Source: an uncultured Armatimonadia bacterium (GTDB lineage: Bacteria; Armatimonadota; Zipacnadia; CAVVLO01). Taken from it: DNA of 64,000 nt. The position numbers and the translations under genes are program-made. This document shows positions 9,548 to 19,000 of the stretch, one piece after another (the first letter of the stretch is position 1; every line of letters starts with the position of its first letter). The notes beneath the pieces were generated by a model that saw only the letters and a list, made by a program, of their open reading frames with translations, was not told the DNA's origin and did not search any database. The DNA lies in the NCBI GenBank assembly GCA_963749155.1, contig CAVVLO010000002.1, forward strand, positions 384,001 through 448,000, in the 5' to 3' direction.

Positions 9548-10253
9548 CCTCCTGCCCTGTAAAGCTTTGAGCCATAGCTTTTAACTGCTCAGAGGGCACC
9601 GCCTCGATCCTGCCAGCCGTGCTCTCGCCAATCACAGCACCGGCTTCTAGTGATTCGATACCGACTAGTTCAGGAGAATCGAGGTTTTCGCAAGACTGAG
9701 CCAATAGCTCCCTGGCCAGATCCATTTGCTCAAGATTTACAAACAATTTACATTCAACCTGGCCTTGCAACTCGTCGAGAACTCGCTCGAGATTCGCCTT
9801 TAGCAGGGCCTCGTTTTGCCCAAGCTCGCCGGCCAGCAACAAGCGCACAATTTCCAGAGTGAGTTCTGCAACCAAAGGCTCAAGCTCGCTACGCAGCTTG
9901 CCAAACTCTTCACCAACCTGCTTATGGACCTTAACCAATTCGTCTTGAACCGCTTTGACTTGGGCGGTCGCCTGCCGTTCTCCCTCCTGGCGTCCTTCAA
10001 CAAGTCCCTGCTGGTGCAAGGTAGCTTTGATCTGGTTGGCTTCTTCTCTAGCCTCGGCTAGCAGTTTTTCACACTTGGCAAGAGTGTCGGACTCCAGTGC
10101 TCTGGCTTTCATAAGCGCCTCGTGCACGATCCTCCTGGCCTGTTCCAAAGGCTCGTAACAAGCAGGCTGCTCGGTAACTCCTCCCCCAGCCAGTGGGGTC
10201 AACGAATGCCGCTGCCCGACTTCGAGTTTGGTAGGACTGGTGCCAGCACTCAA
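9519..10253 (-). CDS. fliH: Flagellar assembly protein FliH
   Basis: GxxxG repeats (QQGLVEGRQEG), coiled coil. Located between fliG and fliI. Confidence 0.85.
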   Translation of the reverse strand: MSAGTSPTKLEVGQRHSLTPLAGGGVTEQPACYEPLEQARRIVHEALMKARALESDTLAKCEKLLAEAREEANQIKATLHQQGLVEGRQEGERQATAQVKAVQDELVKVHKQVGEEFGKLRSELEPLVAELTLEIVRLLLAGELGQNEALLKANLERVLDELQGQVECKLFVNLEQMDLARELLAQSCENLDSPELVGIESLEAGAVIGESTAGRIEAVPSEQLKAMAQSFTGQEGDSESSPAR

Positions 10254-11284
10254 TCTATCATCTCCTCCTCACCTGGCCGGGCCAGCACAATTTCGCCTGA
10301 TTCCTCAAGCCGCTTTATGACCTCGACTATCTTGCGTTGCGCTTCTTCCACATGCCGCAGTCGCACCGGACCGAGGAACTCGATATCTTCACGCAGCGTC
10401 TCGGCGGCTTTCTTGGAAAGGTTGCGGAAGAGGGCATCTCTGACTTGCTCACTGGCGCCCTTCAGCGCCAGGGCCAGGTCTGCCGAGTCCACCTCGCGGA
10501 GTACCTGTTGAATACTGCGATCGTCGAGGGTGAGCAGATCCTCGAAGACAAACATCATGTTCTTCGCGGTCTCGGCAACTTCTGGCGAGTCCTCCGCGAG
10601 TGCCATCAGGATCTTCCGTTCGACCTGACGATCGACCCGGTTCAGAATACTGACAAGTGACTTAACTCCACCCACATTGGCCAGGTCGCCAGCAAAGACT
10701 GACTCAAGTTTACCTTCCAGAACCCGTTCAACTTCGCGGATCACGTCGGGGGGAGTCCTGTCCATGGTGGCAATGCGTTTGGCTACATCAATTTGCTGTT
10801 CTGCTTCAAGCTGTCCGAGCACCTGAGCTGCCTGTTCAGGGTCAAGATGGGCCAGCACAAGCGCTATGGTCTGGGGATGCTCGTCTCGCACGAAGTTGAG
10901 CAGATACCCAGCATCGGCATCTTTGATGAATTCGAAAGGGGAGCCCTGAGGCAAGGCGATTAGTTTTTCCAAGATCTCCATCGCTCGGCGCTCACCAAGA
11001 GAACGCGACAACAAGTCTCTGGCGAGATCGACGCCTCCCTCGACGACCTCGGCATAGGCTGCCGCCGTAGCCACAAATTCGTCGAGTACCATCTCTCGCT
11101 GATCAGGCTTGACCGCCCTGAGTGACAGTATCTCGGCAGTGAGTTTCTCAATCTCACGTTCTGGCATCCGCTTGAGCAACTCGGAAGCAAGTTCAGGCCC
11201 AAGCGCCGCGAGCAGGATGGCCGCCTTCTGGCGACCGGGCAAGCTGGATTTGACCAACATTTCCATGGGGCTTGGTTCAGCCAA
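10250..11284 (-). CDS. fliG: Motor switch protein FliG
   Basis: QKAAILL, EHPQTIAL, MFVFEDL, GPVRLRHVEEAQ. Confidence 0.97.
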   Translation of the reverse strand: MAEPSPMEMLVKSSLPGRQKAAILLAALGPELASELLKRMPEREIEKLTAEILSLRAVKPDQREMVLDEFVATAAAYAEVVEGGVDLARDLLSRSLGERRAMEILEKLIALPQGSPFEFIKDADAGYLLNFVRDEHPQTIALVLAHLDPEQAAQVLGQLEAEQQIDVAKRIATMDRTPPDVIREVERVLEGKLESVFAGDLANVGGVKSLVSILNRVDRQVERKILMALAEDSPEVAETAKNMMFVFEDLLTLDDRSIQQVLREVDSADLALALKGASEQVRDALFRNLSKKAAETLREDIEFLGPVRLRHVEEAQRKIVEVIKRLEESGEIVLARPGEEEMID

Positions 11285-11293
11285 AGAATCCCA

Positions 11294-12889
11294 CTACTCC
11301 ATAAGCCAGGTTCGTAATACGGCGACTGCGCGCTCCTGATGTTCGGAAGCAATCAAACGAGATTTCCCGAGTTTGCTATCGGGAGCCAGATCCAGCACGT
11401 CATCGTCATCAAGCTCTCGGACCATTGGGCCATGATGCTTGCCCTGAGTCACAGCAGCTGCCGATTGGGCTTGTGGAGCAGCTCCAGCTTGTCCAGTGCC
11501 AGCCCGGGGAGTTGCAGTAGTGACTGGTTGGGAGAAGCCCTTGACTAGCTTCATCAAGACCATCAAAACAATCAGAGCCAGGGCAACAGGCAGGAAAACC
11601 AGGCCTTTTTCCAGCAACTGAGCTGTCTTTGGAGTCGCTTGATCAGCCGCTTTCGAGTCATCGGGCGCTTTGGCAAAAGAGAGTCCCGTCACCGTGAGCT
11701 TGTCACCACGCAGGTCATCCAACCCTGCCGCGCTTGTTACCGCGCGTTCGATTGCGCTTCGCTTGGGAAGACTGAGAGCCGCATCGTTAATCAGCACTGC
11801 AATTGAAAGACTCTCCAGCTTGCCAGGAGCCTTGACCGTGTTCTCAGTGACGCGTGAGACCTCATATTCAGTGCGTTCTTCACTACGTTCATACTGACCT
11901 TCAGCGCCCGTTGCCCCTCCTGCATAAGCCGTGGCGCCTGGTTGGTTGGAAGCGGTACCTGGCACCCCTGAAGCGCCTCCACCTCCAGTATGAGACTCCT
12001 CGGAGAATTCGCTCGTAACTGGTACTCCTTTGCTGCCTGAGGCTGGTTCGATACGATTAGCCGTCTGCTGGACAGAATCCAGATCAAGTGTCGCGTTGAC
12101 CCTGACTAGCGCATTCCCGGCACCGACAAGAGCTGTCAACATAGTCTCCAGTTTGGCTGCAAGCTCGCTTTCATAGCGACGCTGCACCAGAAGCCTGCCA
12201 CTGGCTGGTCCCTGGCTTGCTTCTGCAACCGCTGTGGTCGACAGGACATGCCCTGCTCCATCTACTACTGAGACTTTCTCTGGGCTCAAACCACGCACGC
12301 TATAACAAACCAGGTCGGTGACGCCGGCAACTTGCGCAGGACTAACCTGAGCTCCAGGCATGGGACTAATCAACACGGAACAGGAAGCTGGCTCGGTCTC
12401 CTCCACAAAAGGCGACTCTTCAGGCAGCACCAGATGCACACTTGCGGATTGCACCCAATCCAGTTGCTGAATGGTGTTGGCCAGTTCACCTTCCAGAGCC
12501 CGCTGGAAATTGATTTGCTCCACGAACTGGGACGCTGCGAAGTTAGGCTTGTCGAACAACTCGAAGCCTAACGCTTTGCCACTTGTTGCGCTTCCCGTAC
12601 CTAGCGCCAGTCGCGCTGCGGCTGCCTTGGGTTGAGGCACCGTGATTGTTGTGCCATCGGCACCCAGTTTGTATGGGATCCCTTGATCTGCCAAAGTCGC
12701 GGAAGCCTTGCTAACCGCAGAAGAATCGGTCCCAGAGTAAACCACGACGAAATCAGGTGTGCCTGACCAATGCACCAGCACCAGAGATACAACAAGCACC
12801 AAAGCCAGTACCGCGGCCAGAGTGATTTTCTGTGCCGTAGGAAGGTGCTGTAGTTGCCCCAGCAAGCCTGATTCGGTCGGGTTGCCCAT
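11294..12889 (-). CDS. fliF: MS-ring protein FliF
   Basis: Two TMs, GFELFD, FQRALEGELANTI, ASVHLVLPEESPF. Confidence 0.95.
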   Translation of the reverse strand: MGNPTESGLLGQLQHLPTAQKITLAAVLALVLVVSLVLVHWSGTPDFVVVYSGTDSSAVSKASATLADQGIPYKLGADGTTITVPQPKAAAARLALGTGSATSGKALGFELFDKPNFAASQFVEQINFQRALEGELANTIQQLDWVQSASVHLVLPEESPFVEETEPASCSVLISPMPGAQVSPAQVAGVTDLVCYSVRGLSPEKVSVVDGAGHVLSTTAVAEASQGPASGRLLVQRRYESELAAKLETMLTALVGAGNALVRVNATLDLDSVQQTANRIEPASGSKGVPVTSEFSEESHTGGGGASGVPGTASNQPGATAYAGGATGAEGQYERSEERTEYEVSRVTENTVKAPGKLESLSIAVLINDAALSLPKRSAIERAVTSAAGLDDLRGDKLTVTGLSFAKAPDDSKAADQATPKTAQLLEKGLVFLPVALALIVLMVLMKLVKGFSQPVTTATPRAGTGQAGAAPQAQSAAAVTQGKHHGPMVRELDDDDVLDLAPDSKLGKSRLIASEHQERAVAVLRTWLME

Positions 12890-12906
12890 TACGCCTCAAC
12901 TAGCTC

Positions 12907-13215
12907 CTATATCTGCATCCGCATGACTTCCTGGTAGGCCTCTACGGCTTTGTTGCGGACCTGCACCAGGGTAGCCAAAGCCAGATTTGCCTCTTGGACG
13001 GAGATCATCACATCGTGCAGTTCGACTGGTTCACCAGCCGCAAATTGCTTCGTCAAGTCGTCAGCTCTTCGGATACGCTCATCAACCTGCTCAAGCGCTT
13101 TGAATATGGCCTGCCCGAATTTGTCCGAGCCACCGCTACTTTCTACTTGCTCTTCAGGCTTGAGCCGTTCAAACAACTGCTTATTACCGATCGCAGTAAA
13201 GAGATCAGCCCGCAT
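12907..13215 (-). CDS. fliE: Hook-basal body protein FliE
   Basis: LHDVMI..QVRNKAVEAYQEVMRMQI. Confidence 0.95.
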   Translation of the reverse strand: MRADLFTAIGNKQLFERLKPEEQVESSGGSDKFGQAIFKALEQVDERIRRADDLTKQFAAGEPVELHDVMISVQEANLALATLVQVRNKAVEAYQEVMRMQI

Positions 13216-13229
13216 AAATCATCCCTCAC

Positions 13230-13637
13230 CTAAGCCCCGATCTGAAGGGCTGCGTCTACAAGGCGCTTGGTATCGCCGACAACGGCTACATTGGCTTCAT
13301 AAGCCCGCACCGCCGCCATCAAATCCACCATCTCGCTTACGATATTTATGTTGGGCTTGCGGATATAGCCATCAGCCCCGGCAAGCGGATTCCCTGGGTC
13401 ATAAACAAGCTTTGGAGGAGAGGTGTCTTCAAGGATGGCTGTGACTTTTACCCCTGAGGCAGAGGCGCTAAGCCCCAGTCCACCGACCTGCTCCGAGAAC
13501 ACCGGGAGCTTGCGCCGATATGGCCCCTGAGGTCCGGTTGTTTCGGCATTGGCCAGATTCTGGGAGATTATCTCCATCCGCTGCCGCTGAGCCGATAAGC
13601 CTGACCCGCTTGTGGCCAGGCAATCGAAAAGGTTCAT
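13230..13637 (-). CDS. flgC: Proximal rod protein FlgC
   Basis: SGLSAQRQRME..NLANAETT, YDPGNPLA, PNINIVSEMVD..RAYEAN. Confidence 0.96.
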   Translation of the reverse strand: MNLFDCLATSGSGLSAQRQRMEIISQNLANAETTGPQGPYRRKLPVFSEQVGGLGLSASASGVKVTAILEDTSPPKLVYDPGNPLAGADGYIRKPNINIVSEMVDLMAAVRAYEANVAVVGDTKRLVDAALQIGA

Positions 13638-13639
13638 AA

Positions 13640-13978
13640 CTAACGCGCCTCCTTGGTGACCAGTTGCAGCCGATGGTATCGCAGCGCGACAAGGCGAGTC
13701 AGTACCTGATAACGACTTGCGTTCTCGGCAAGCCCTATTGCCTCGGCATCCAAATCTACGTTATTCCCGTCCTCGCGCAGGCCAGGCGTTTTGTCAGGCA
13801 CAACTCGTGGGGTCAGCTCAGACCAGTTGGCACGGCCCTTGAGCAATGTCTCGAACTCCACATACTTTCGTTTAAAGCCTGGAGTCTCAGCATTGGCCAG
13901 GTTGTGCGCGCCGACCTGATGACGCACCGAGGCAACGTCAAGAGCCTTGGCCAGGTTGTTGGTCAGTTGGTCAGGCAT
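13640..13978 (-). CDS. flgB: Proximal rod protein FlgB
   Basis: ALD..RHQV..NLANAETPGFKR, REDGNNVDLDAE. Confidence 0.94.
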   Translation of the reverse strand: MPDQLTNNLAKALDVASVRHQVGAHNLANAETPGFKRKYVEFETLLKGRANWSELTPRVVPDKTPGLREDGNNVDLDAEAIGLAENASRYQVLTRLVALRYHRLQLVTKEAR

Positions 13979-14330
13979 CCAGGTTTTCTCCTGTCAATTG
14001 GGCAGCATAAGCTCGACCCGCTTTGGTACTCCGGGCTGCCGCCAGCCGTTGGGCCGCCAGCTCTTCGCGTTTGCGTGCGAGTAAGGCGTTCAATTCTGCT
14101 TCCAGTTTCTGAACAAGCGCCACCTCATCAGCACTGTTCTGGTGGCTAGTCTGCGAATCCAGAAACTTGGCAAAAGCCGCTGTTCGGCGTTCTTCAAGTA
14201 AAGCCAGGGACCCGTAGTTGTCTTCCTGAAGGCAGGCGATCAATTCAGCAGTCAGCACAAGCAACTCGTCAGCTGGCGAAAGAATATGTAACTCAGCCTT
14301 GGCTGCTGGTTCCCTGTCAGTAGCTACCAT
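13971..14330 (-). CDS. Small helical flagellar protein, FliT/FlgN-like chaperone
   Basis: ATG at 14330 with GGAGGAGG SD, downstream of the sigma54 site. Helical LLEERR and RAY motifs. Family call rests on pattern and context only. Confidence 0.5.
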   Translation of the reverse strand: MVATDREPAAKAELHILSPADELLVLTAELIACLQEDNYGSLALLEERRTAAFAKFLDSQTSHQNSADEVALVQKLEAELNALLARKREELAAQRLAAARSTKAGRAYAAQLTGENLDA

Positions 14331-14378
14331 TGTCAGCGCCTCCTCCAGAAAGCTTGCCCCTGTACTCCTTTGGAGAGA

Positions 14379-14394
14379 TGCAAGAAGCGTGCCA
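14379..14394 (-). promoter_or_regulatory. Sigma54 (-24/-12) promoter for the flgB-fliL operon
   Basis: Minus strand TGGCACGCTTCTTGCA, 15/16 identical to the fliM site. Confidence 0.85.
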
Positions 14395-14449
14395 TAAGTC
14401 ACCAGGCAGAGGCTGATTTCCAGTTAGCAACGCAGAATTCACTGGATGC

Positions 14450-15529
14450 TTACCCGGTGTTAACCGCAACCCAGCAAGGCAACAATATCCTGTCGATTAA
14501 TAGATTGGGCTGGTCTGCCAGCGCCAGCGACTTGTCTTCTCCAGTGATCCTTACCACCGGCCGGCTTGGCAGGCCTGGCGTGGGTTTTTCGACAATGGCC
14601 TGCCTTCCATCACTAAGCTCTACTCTAGCCCCTCTGCAGGCTGGAGGAAAAAGCTGCGCAGCGCGCTGGGCCAGTTTTGGAGAGAGGCACAATCCTGCTT
14701 GTGCAGAGAGATAATCATTGAACTGGGAGGGAGTGACACCTTCGGTGGCCAATTCGCCACAGAAACCGAGCGCCAGCAGGTCAGCCGCTGCAACAAGCTG
14801 ACCAAGGGGGTATATCTGATCGGCTGCCCTGCCTTTGGGAAAGCCTTTGCCATCGTATCGCTCATGGTGAGAGAGGATGGCCGCAGCAGCCAGCGCGCTT
14901 ATAGAGCGTGCTTGCTGAAGCAATTCGAACATCAGCCGGGGATGCGACTTGAAGTCTTCGCCCACCTGCCCCCAGGGAGCTCTGTAATGCTGTGCAGTCT
15001 CCCAATCTACGGTTATAAGATGCCAGTCACTGAGCAAACAAGCGGCTATCACCGCAGCAAGATCACTGGGTTGCAGGCGCGCATCGATACCCAGCCAGCC
15101 TCCATAAAGCGCAACCAGCACCAACCTTTGGACTGGATAACAGTCGGCTCCGCTAATCATCGAGACCGGCATAAAGTCAAGCTGATCCTTCTTGCGAGCC
15201 ATCAGTTGGGCAGCCACCGACTGGGACAAAGCAGGTATATCGGAGGCACACTCAAGCAACTGCTCGGCTTGTCCCTCTCCCCCTTTTGGGACCTGAGTTG
15301 CTTTGACCAGGAGCTCCATCAACCTGTCTTCAAGCTGAGCGTCGATAGCAGGACAGGTTTCTATATGGCCTTCATCAAGCCAGACGAAAGGCACTTTTTC
15401 GTCAGTCAGGCGGCGGATTACAGAGGCATCCAGCTTATCTCCAGCACTGGCAATACGCCCCTTGGCACCCCATACAGACCGCGCGAGCGTACTGCCTTCC
15501 TGGTACCCTCCTGGACCAACAAGCTCCAT
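14450..15529 (-). CDS. Degenerate HD-GYP domain protein
   Basis: HHERYDGKGFPKG and C-terminal VELSDG..RPVVRI. HD dyad replaced by SD (CLLSDW). ATG at 15529 has a GGAGG SD. Confidence 0.8.
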   Translation of the reverse strand: MELVGPGGYQEGSTLARSVWGAKGRIASAGDKLDASVIRRLTDEKVPFVWLDEGHIETCPAIDAQLEDRLMELLVKATQVPKGGEGQAEQLLECASDIPALSQSVAAQLMARKKDQLDFMPVSMISGADCYPVQRLVLVALYGGWLGIDARLQPSDLAAVIAACLLSDWHLITVDWETAQHYRAPWGQVGEDFKSHPRLMFELLQQARSISALAAAAILSHHERYDGKGFPKGRAADQIYPLGQLVAAADLLALGFCGELATEGVTPSQFNDYLSAQAGLCLSPKLAQRAAQLFPPACRGARVELSDGRQAIVEKPTPGLPSRPVVRITGEDKSLALADQPNLLIDRILLPCWVAVNTG

Positions 15530-15554
15530 TATCGACAATCCTCCAGATGGCTTG

Positions 15555-15947
15555 CTAAACCGCTGCTTGTGCTGTTGTGATTGAGACCAGTGCGCTCTGC
15601 CATGCCTCAAGCAACTCCTGAAGCATCCTCTTGATAACTGGCAGGAGCCCACCTTCCTTCTTCAGATTTGCCTGTGCCAGCTCGCGGTTAAAAAATACAT
15701 ATAATCCCATAAGGTTGTGGGCTACCTCGCCCTGCTCCAAATCGAGCGAACCCATCAGTTCGCTGACCAGGCGCTGGGCTTTCACAAGTTGCTCGTGAGC
15801 TTCGGCAACACGCCTGCTGGCGATAGCTTGCTCGGCTCGGTCGATTGCCGTGATTACTCCCTGGTAAAGCGTCAATACCAGGTACTCCGGAGAAGCGGTA
15901 CCTACTTGAACTGCCTGATATGATTGGGCTGCGCTGTTTCCATACAT
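15555..15947 (-). CDS. fliS: Flagellin chaperone FliS
   Basis: TASPEYLVLTLYQG, KAQRLVSELMGSLD..GEVAHNL.GLY, LLEAW. Confidence 0.95.
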   Translation of the reverse strand: MYGNSAAQSYQAVQVGTASPEYLVLTLYQGVITAIDRAEQAIASRRVAEAHEQLVKAQRLVSELMGSLDLEQGEVAHNLMGLYVFFNRELAQANLKKEGGLLPVIKRMLQELLEAWQSALVSITTAQAAV

Positions 15948-15960
15948 ACTTACTCACCAG

Positions 15961-15987
15961 TTATCGGCGACTTGGCGCCACAACTTA
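15961..15987 (-). promoter_or_regulatory. Sigma28-type promoter for fliS
   Basis: TAAG-N15-GCCGATAA. Confidence 0.75.
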
Positions 15988-16009
15988 AGGGGCTTCCCTG
16001 CCCTTTTTT

Positions 16010-19000
16010 TTAGCCAGACAGGCTGGCCAACTGCTGTGAAAGATAGTTACTTTGCGTCTGCAGTCTTGAGAGGGCTGACTCCATTGCATTGAACTTCAGC
16101 CATAAGGTGCGAGTTTGAGCTTCCAGCAGGTCATTAGTGCTTTCCAGCCTGCTCTCGATCAGGTCGCTTTCTCTGGCAAACTCACCACCCGAAAGCAGCT
16201 TTCGACGAAGAAGGCCCGTAGAACTGTTGTACTCAGTCAGCACATCATCAATTTGGCGCGCTAGTCCTGCGGTGGCGAATTCCACTTTTACACCGAAAGC
16301 GCGCTCCAGGTTGTTACTGCCCTGGCTGAGGTCTTCCAGGTATACCGAACCTGTCGAATTCAACGCTGTTAAGACTAGCCGCCCATCTACAAAGCTGGCA
16401 GCAAGGCCAATCCGGTTGGTTGCCTGGTCTTCATCGCCGACATATAAACCGGCGTTATCCAGTAGCTGAAGAATCTGGTCTTCGGTATAGGTGGCTCCAG
16501 CCGCCAGGGTGACAGGGTTGCTCCACTGAGCAGAATCGCCCAGGCGGAAGCTGAGAGCACCGCCGCCAGAAGGCAGTTGCAGCCCTGCCCCCTCCAGCTG
16601 GCGAGTACCAATAACTTGATGACCGTTGCCTGTGTAACCTGACTGACTGAGCAAAGAGAGTACAGCTTCAGGATTATCGGAAAGAGCGGCCATCAGAGTG
16701 CTGTTGGCCTGAAGAGCAGTGCGAAGGGCGTCTTCATCTGTCGTCTCCTGCACGAGGTAGCCTCTACCTGCAAACCCATCCTGCCCCCAGGTCACGAAGT
16801 CAATCCCCAAGTCTTTAAGCCTCGGAAATTCTTCCAATCCTGCTACAGTTCCACTCAACACCGACCGCAAGTCGGAGGCAAGTCGCCTGGCTACGCTGGA
16901 TTTCCGCATCTCCTCACGTTGCATTATCTCTTCGTGTCTTGCGTTGTACTCGTCTATCTCGCTTTCAGTCATGCTTTCTCTGTCTGTATCGCTGAGGGCT
17001 GCGAGATACTCTTCGTCCTCGTCGGTAAGCTGTGCCGGGCAGGCCAAATCAATCGTTGAGTTATAAGCAGCAAGAAAGCTGGCGAGGGCATCAAGGGCTT
17101 GTTCTGTATTATCACTGACCGTCAGTGTGACCTGTGAAGTCGTTGTCCCCTTGAACTCCAGGGTTAGCCCAGGTATTGCCTCCGTAACTGTGTTTGTGGC
17201 CGCTCGATACTCCACTCCATTCATTTCATAGACCGCCCAACTGGCGGCGGCACCAACACTTGTTGGACTTTGGGGCATCTCACCGACTAACCTGAGCGCT
17301 TGCAGCACATTGCTTGTGTCATACCTGGAGCCCACACCAAGCCGCGCACCGTCAGCTATTGATTCGCCAGTCGCTTCCAGCCAGAAACTGTCAGAATTAC
17401 TGTCATAGCCGCAGTGGACTCCGGCGCTTGAGGAATTTATCCGCTGTACCAGATCATCGAGAGTATCGGTTTCTGGATCGACGTAGAGGGTGACCCCTCC
17501 CAAGGTAAAAGTCCCAGCAGTGATAGCGAGCGTCATCCCGGAAAGGCTTAGTGATTTGGATAGATCAAGCCCAGTAGAGGTAATAGCTGGTATGCTGGTG
17601 GCTCCTGCTGACTGAGTCAAGCCGAACACTGCCAACATATTGCTGGTATCTTTGGTTGAGCCCAGAGTTATTTCGGTTCCAGGCTCACCGACCAGTTCGA
17701 TACTATTAGTGGCGGGATTGTAAGCTGCTGCGACCTCGGCGCCAGCGCTGTTAATTTTGGCAATCACACTGGCCAGAGATTCCTGCTGATAGTCCTCTAT
17801 ATAGATCCGCTTGTTGTTGATGGTGAAAAAGCCGTTACTTGCTTCACTGGCTGGACTAGCAAGGCCCAGATAGGGAAGGGCCAGGTGCGCATCCAGTTTT
17901 ACCTGAAAGCCCCAGGAATCCCCCTCGGCCGGTGCCGTAGCCAAATGGACGAAGCTGCTGCCAGCCAGGCTGCTATCAAGCCAGGAGACAAAGCGCTCTC
18001 CGCTAGCAACCCACTCTCCCTGGCGTTCTCCTTCCGCATTGAAAACTGCCCAATTTCCGGCGTCGTCATAAATCAGTTCGTATACGCCAGCTTCCGCTCC
18101 AGCTGAAACTGCGCCCTCCCAGTCAGTCTGGGTACTCGAGTTGCCTGCAGCAGCAGTTGTAGCGCTATAACCTTCCGTTGAGCCTGCAACTGCTCCATAT
18201 ATCCTGGCCCCCGAGGGTACACTACCGTTTAACTCGGCGGTCGTTATCAGGGAGGCCTTCCCCACGGTGAATAATCCATCTGCCCCGCGCCCAGTCAGCG
18301 TAACCCCTGCAAGCAAATGACGAGAGCTCTCCCCTTCGGCAAGAGCATCAACGCCTGCCAGAGCGCCTTTATCAGCGCCTGTTGTGAAGAGTGCAGCCAA
18401 AGTAACTGCGCCTGTGCTGGCGCTTGCCAGGAGTGTATTGCCCTCAGCTGAGTTCGCCGTGCTTGTTGCACTCGTTAGCCCAAGCAGTTTGGCGGCCAGT
18501 CCAGTATCATAATTGGTATCAGTCAAGCTCAAAGCAGCGCGCGGATCGCTGCTGCCGATTTTCAGATGACCTTGTACCAGCCCCGCGGATACTCCTGGCA
18601 AGGCGTTCAATTGAGTTATCAAATCGGCTACCGTGGAAGCACTGCCAAGCCCTTCCAGATTGTAGTCGGCGCCTTTTACCACAACGTGGAAACCAGCAAA
18701 GCTGGTGATGCCAAGAGAGCCTAGTGTGGTCGCTTCAGTGAGGTCTGGTGCTCCAAGCACACAGGCTCCCGTGGAAGCGCCTGCAACAGAAGACCACTCT
18801 GCGCCTGCCAGTCCAGTGTTCAGCTGGGCTTTGGTGCCGAAGAGCGCCTCTCCCAGTCCGCCCGTCTCACCTTCACCTAACACAAACTGTTCGTGGACTC
18901 TTGTGCTACGTATCACAAACTGGCCTGTGCCATCTCCATCAACATCGAGCAGTTTGGCCTCGAGGCCCATATCAAGGGCATCCAGAGCGTCGATGAGCTG

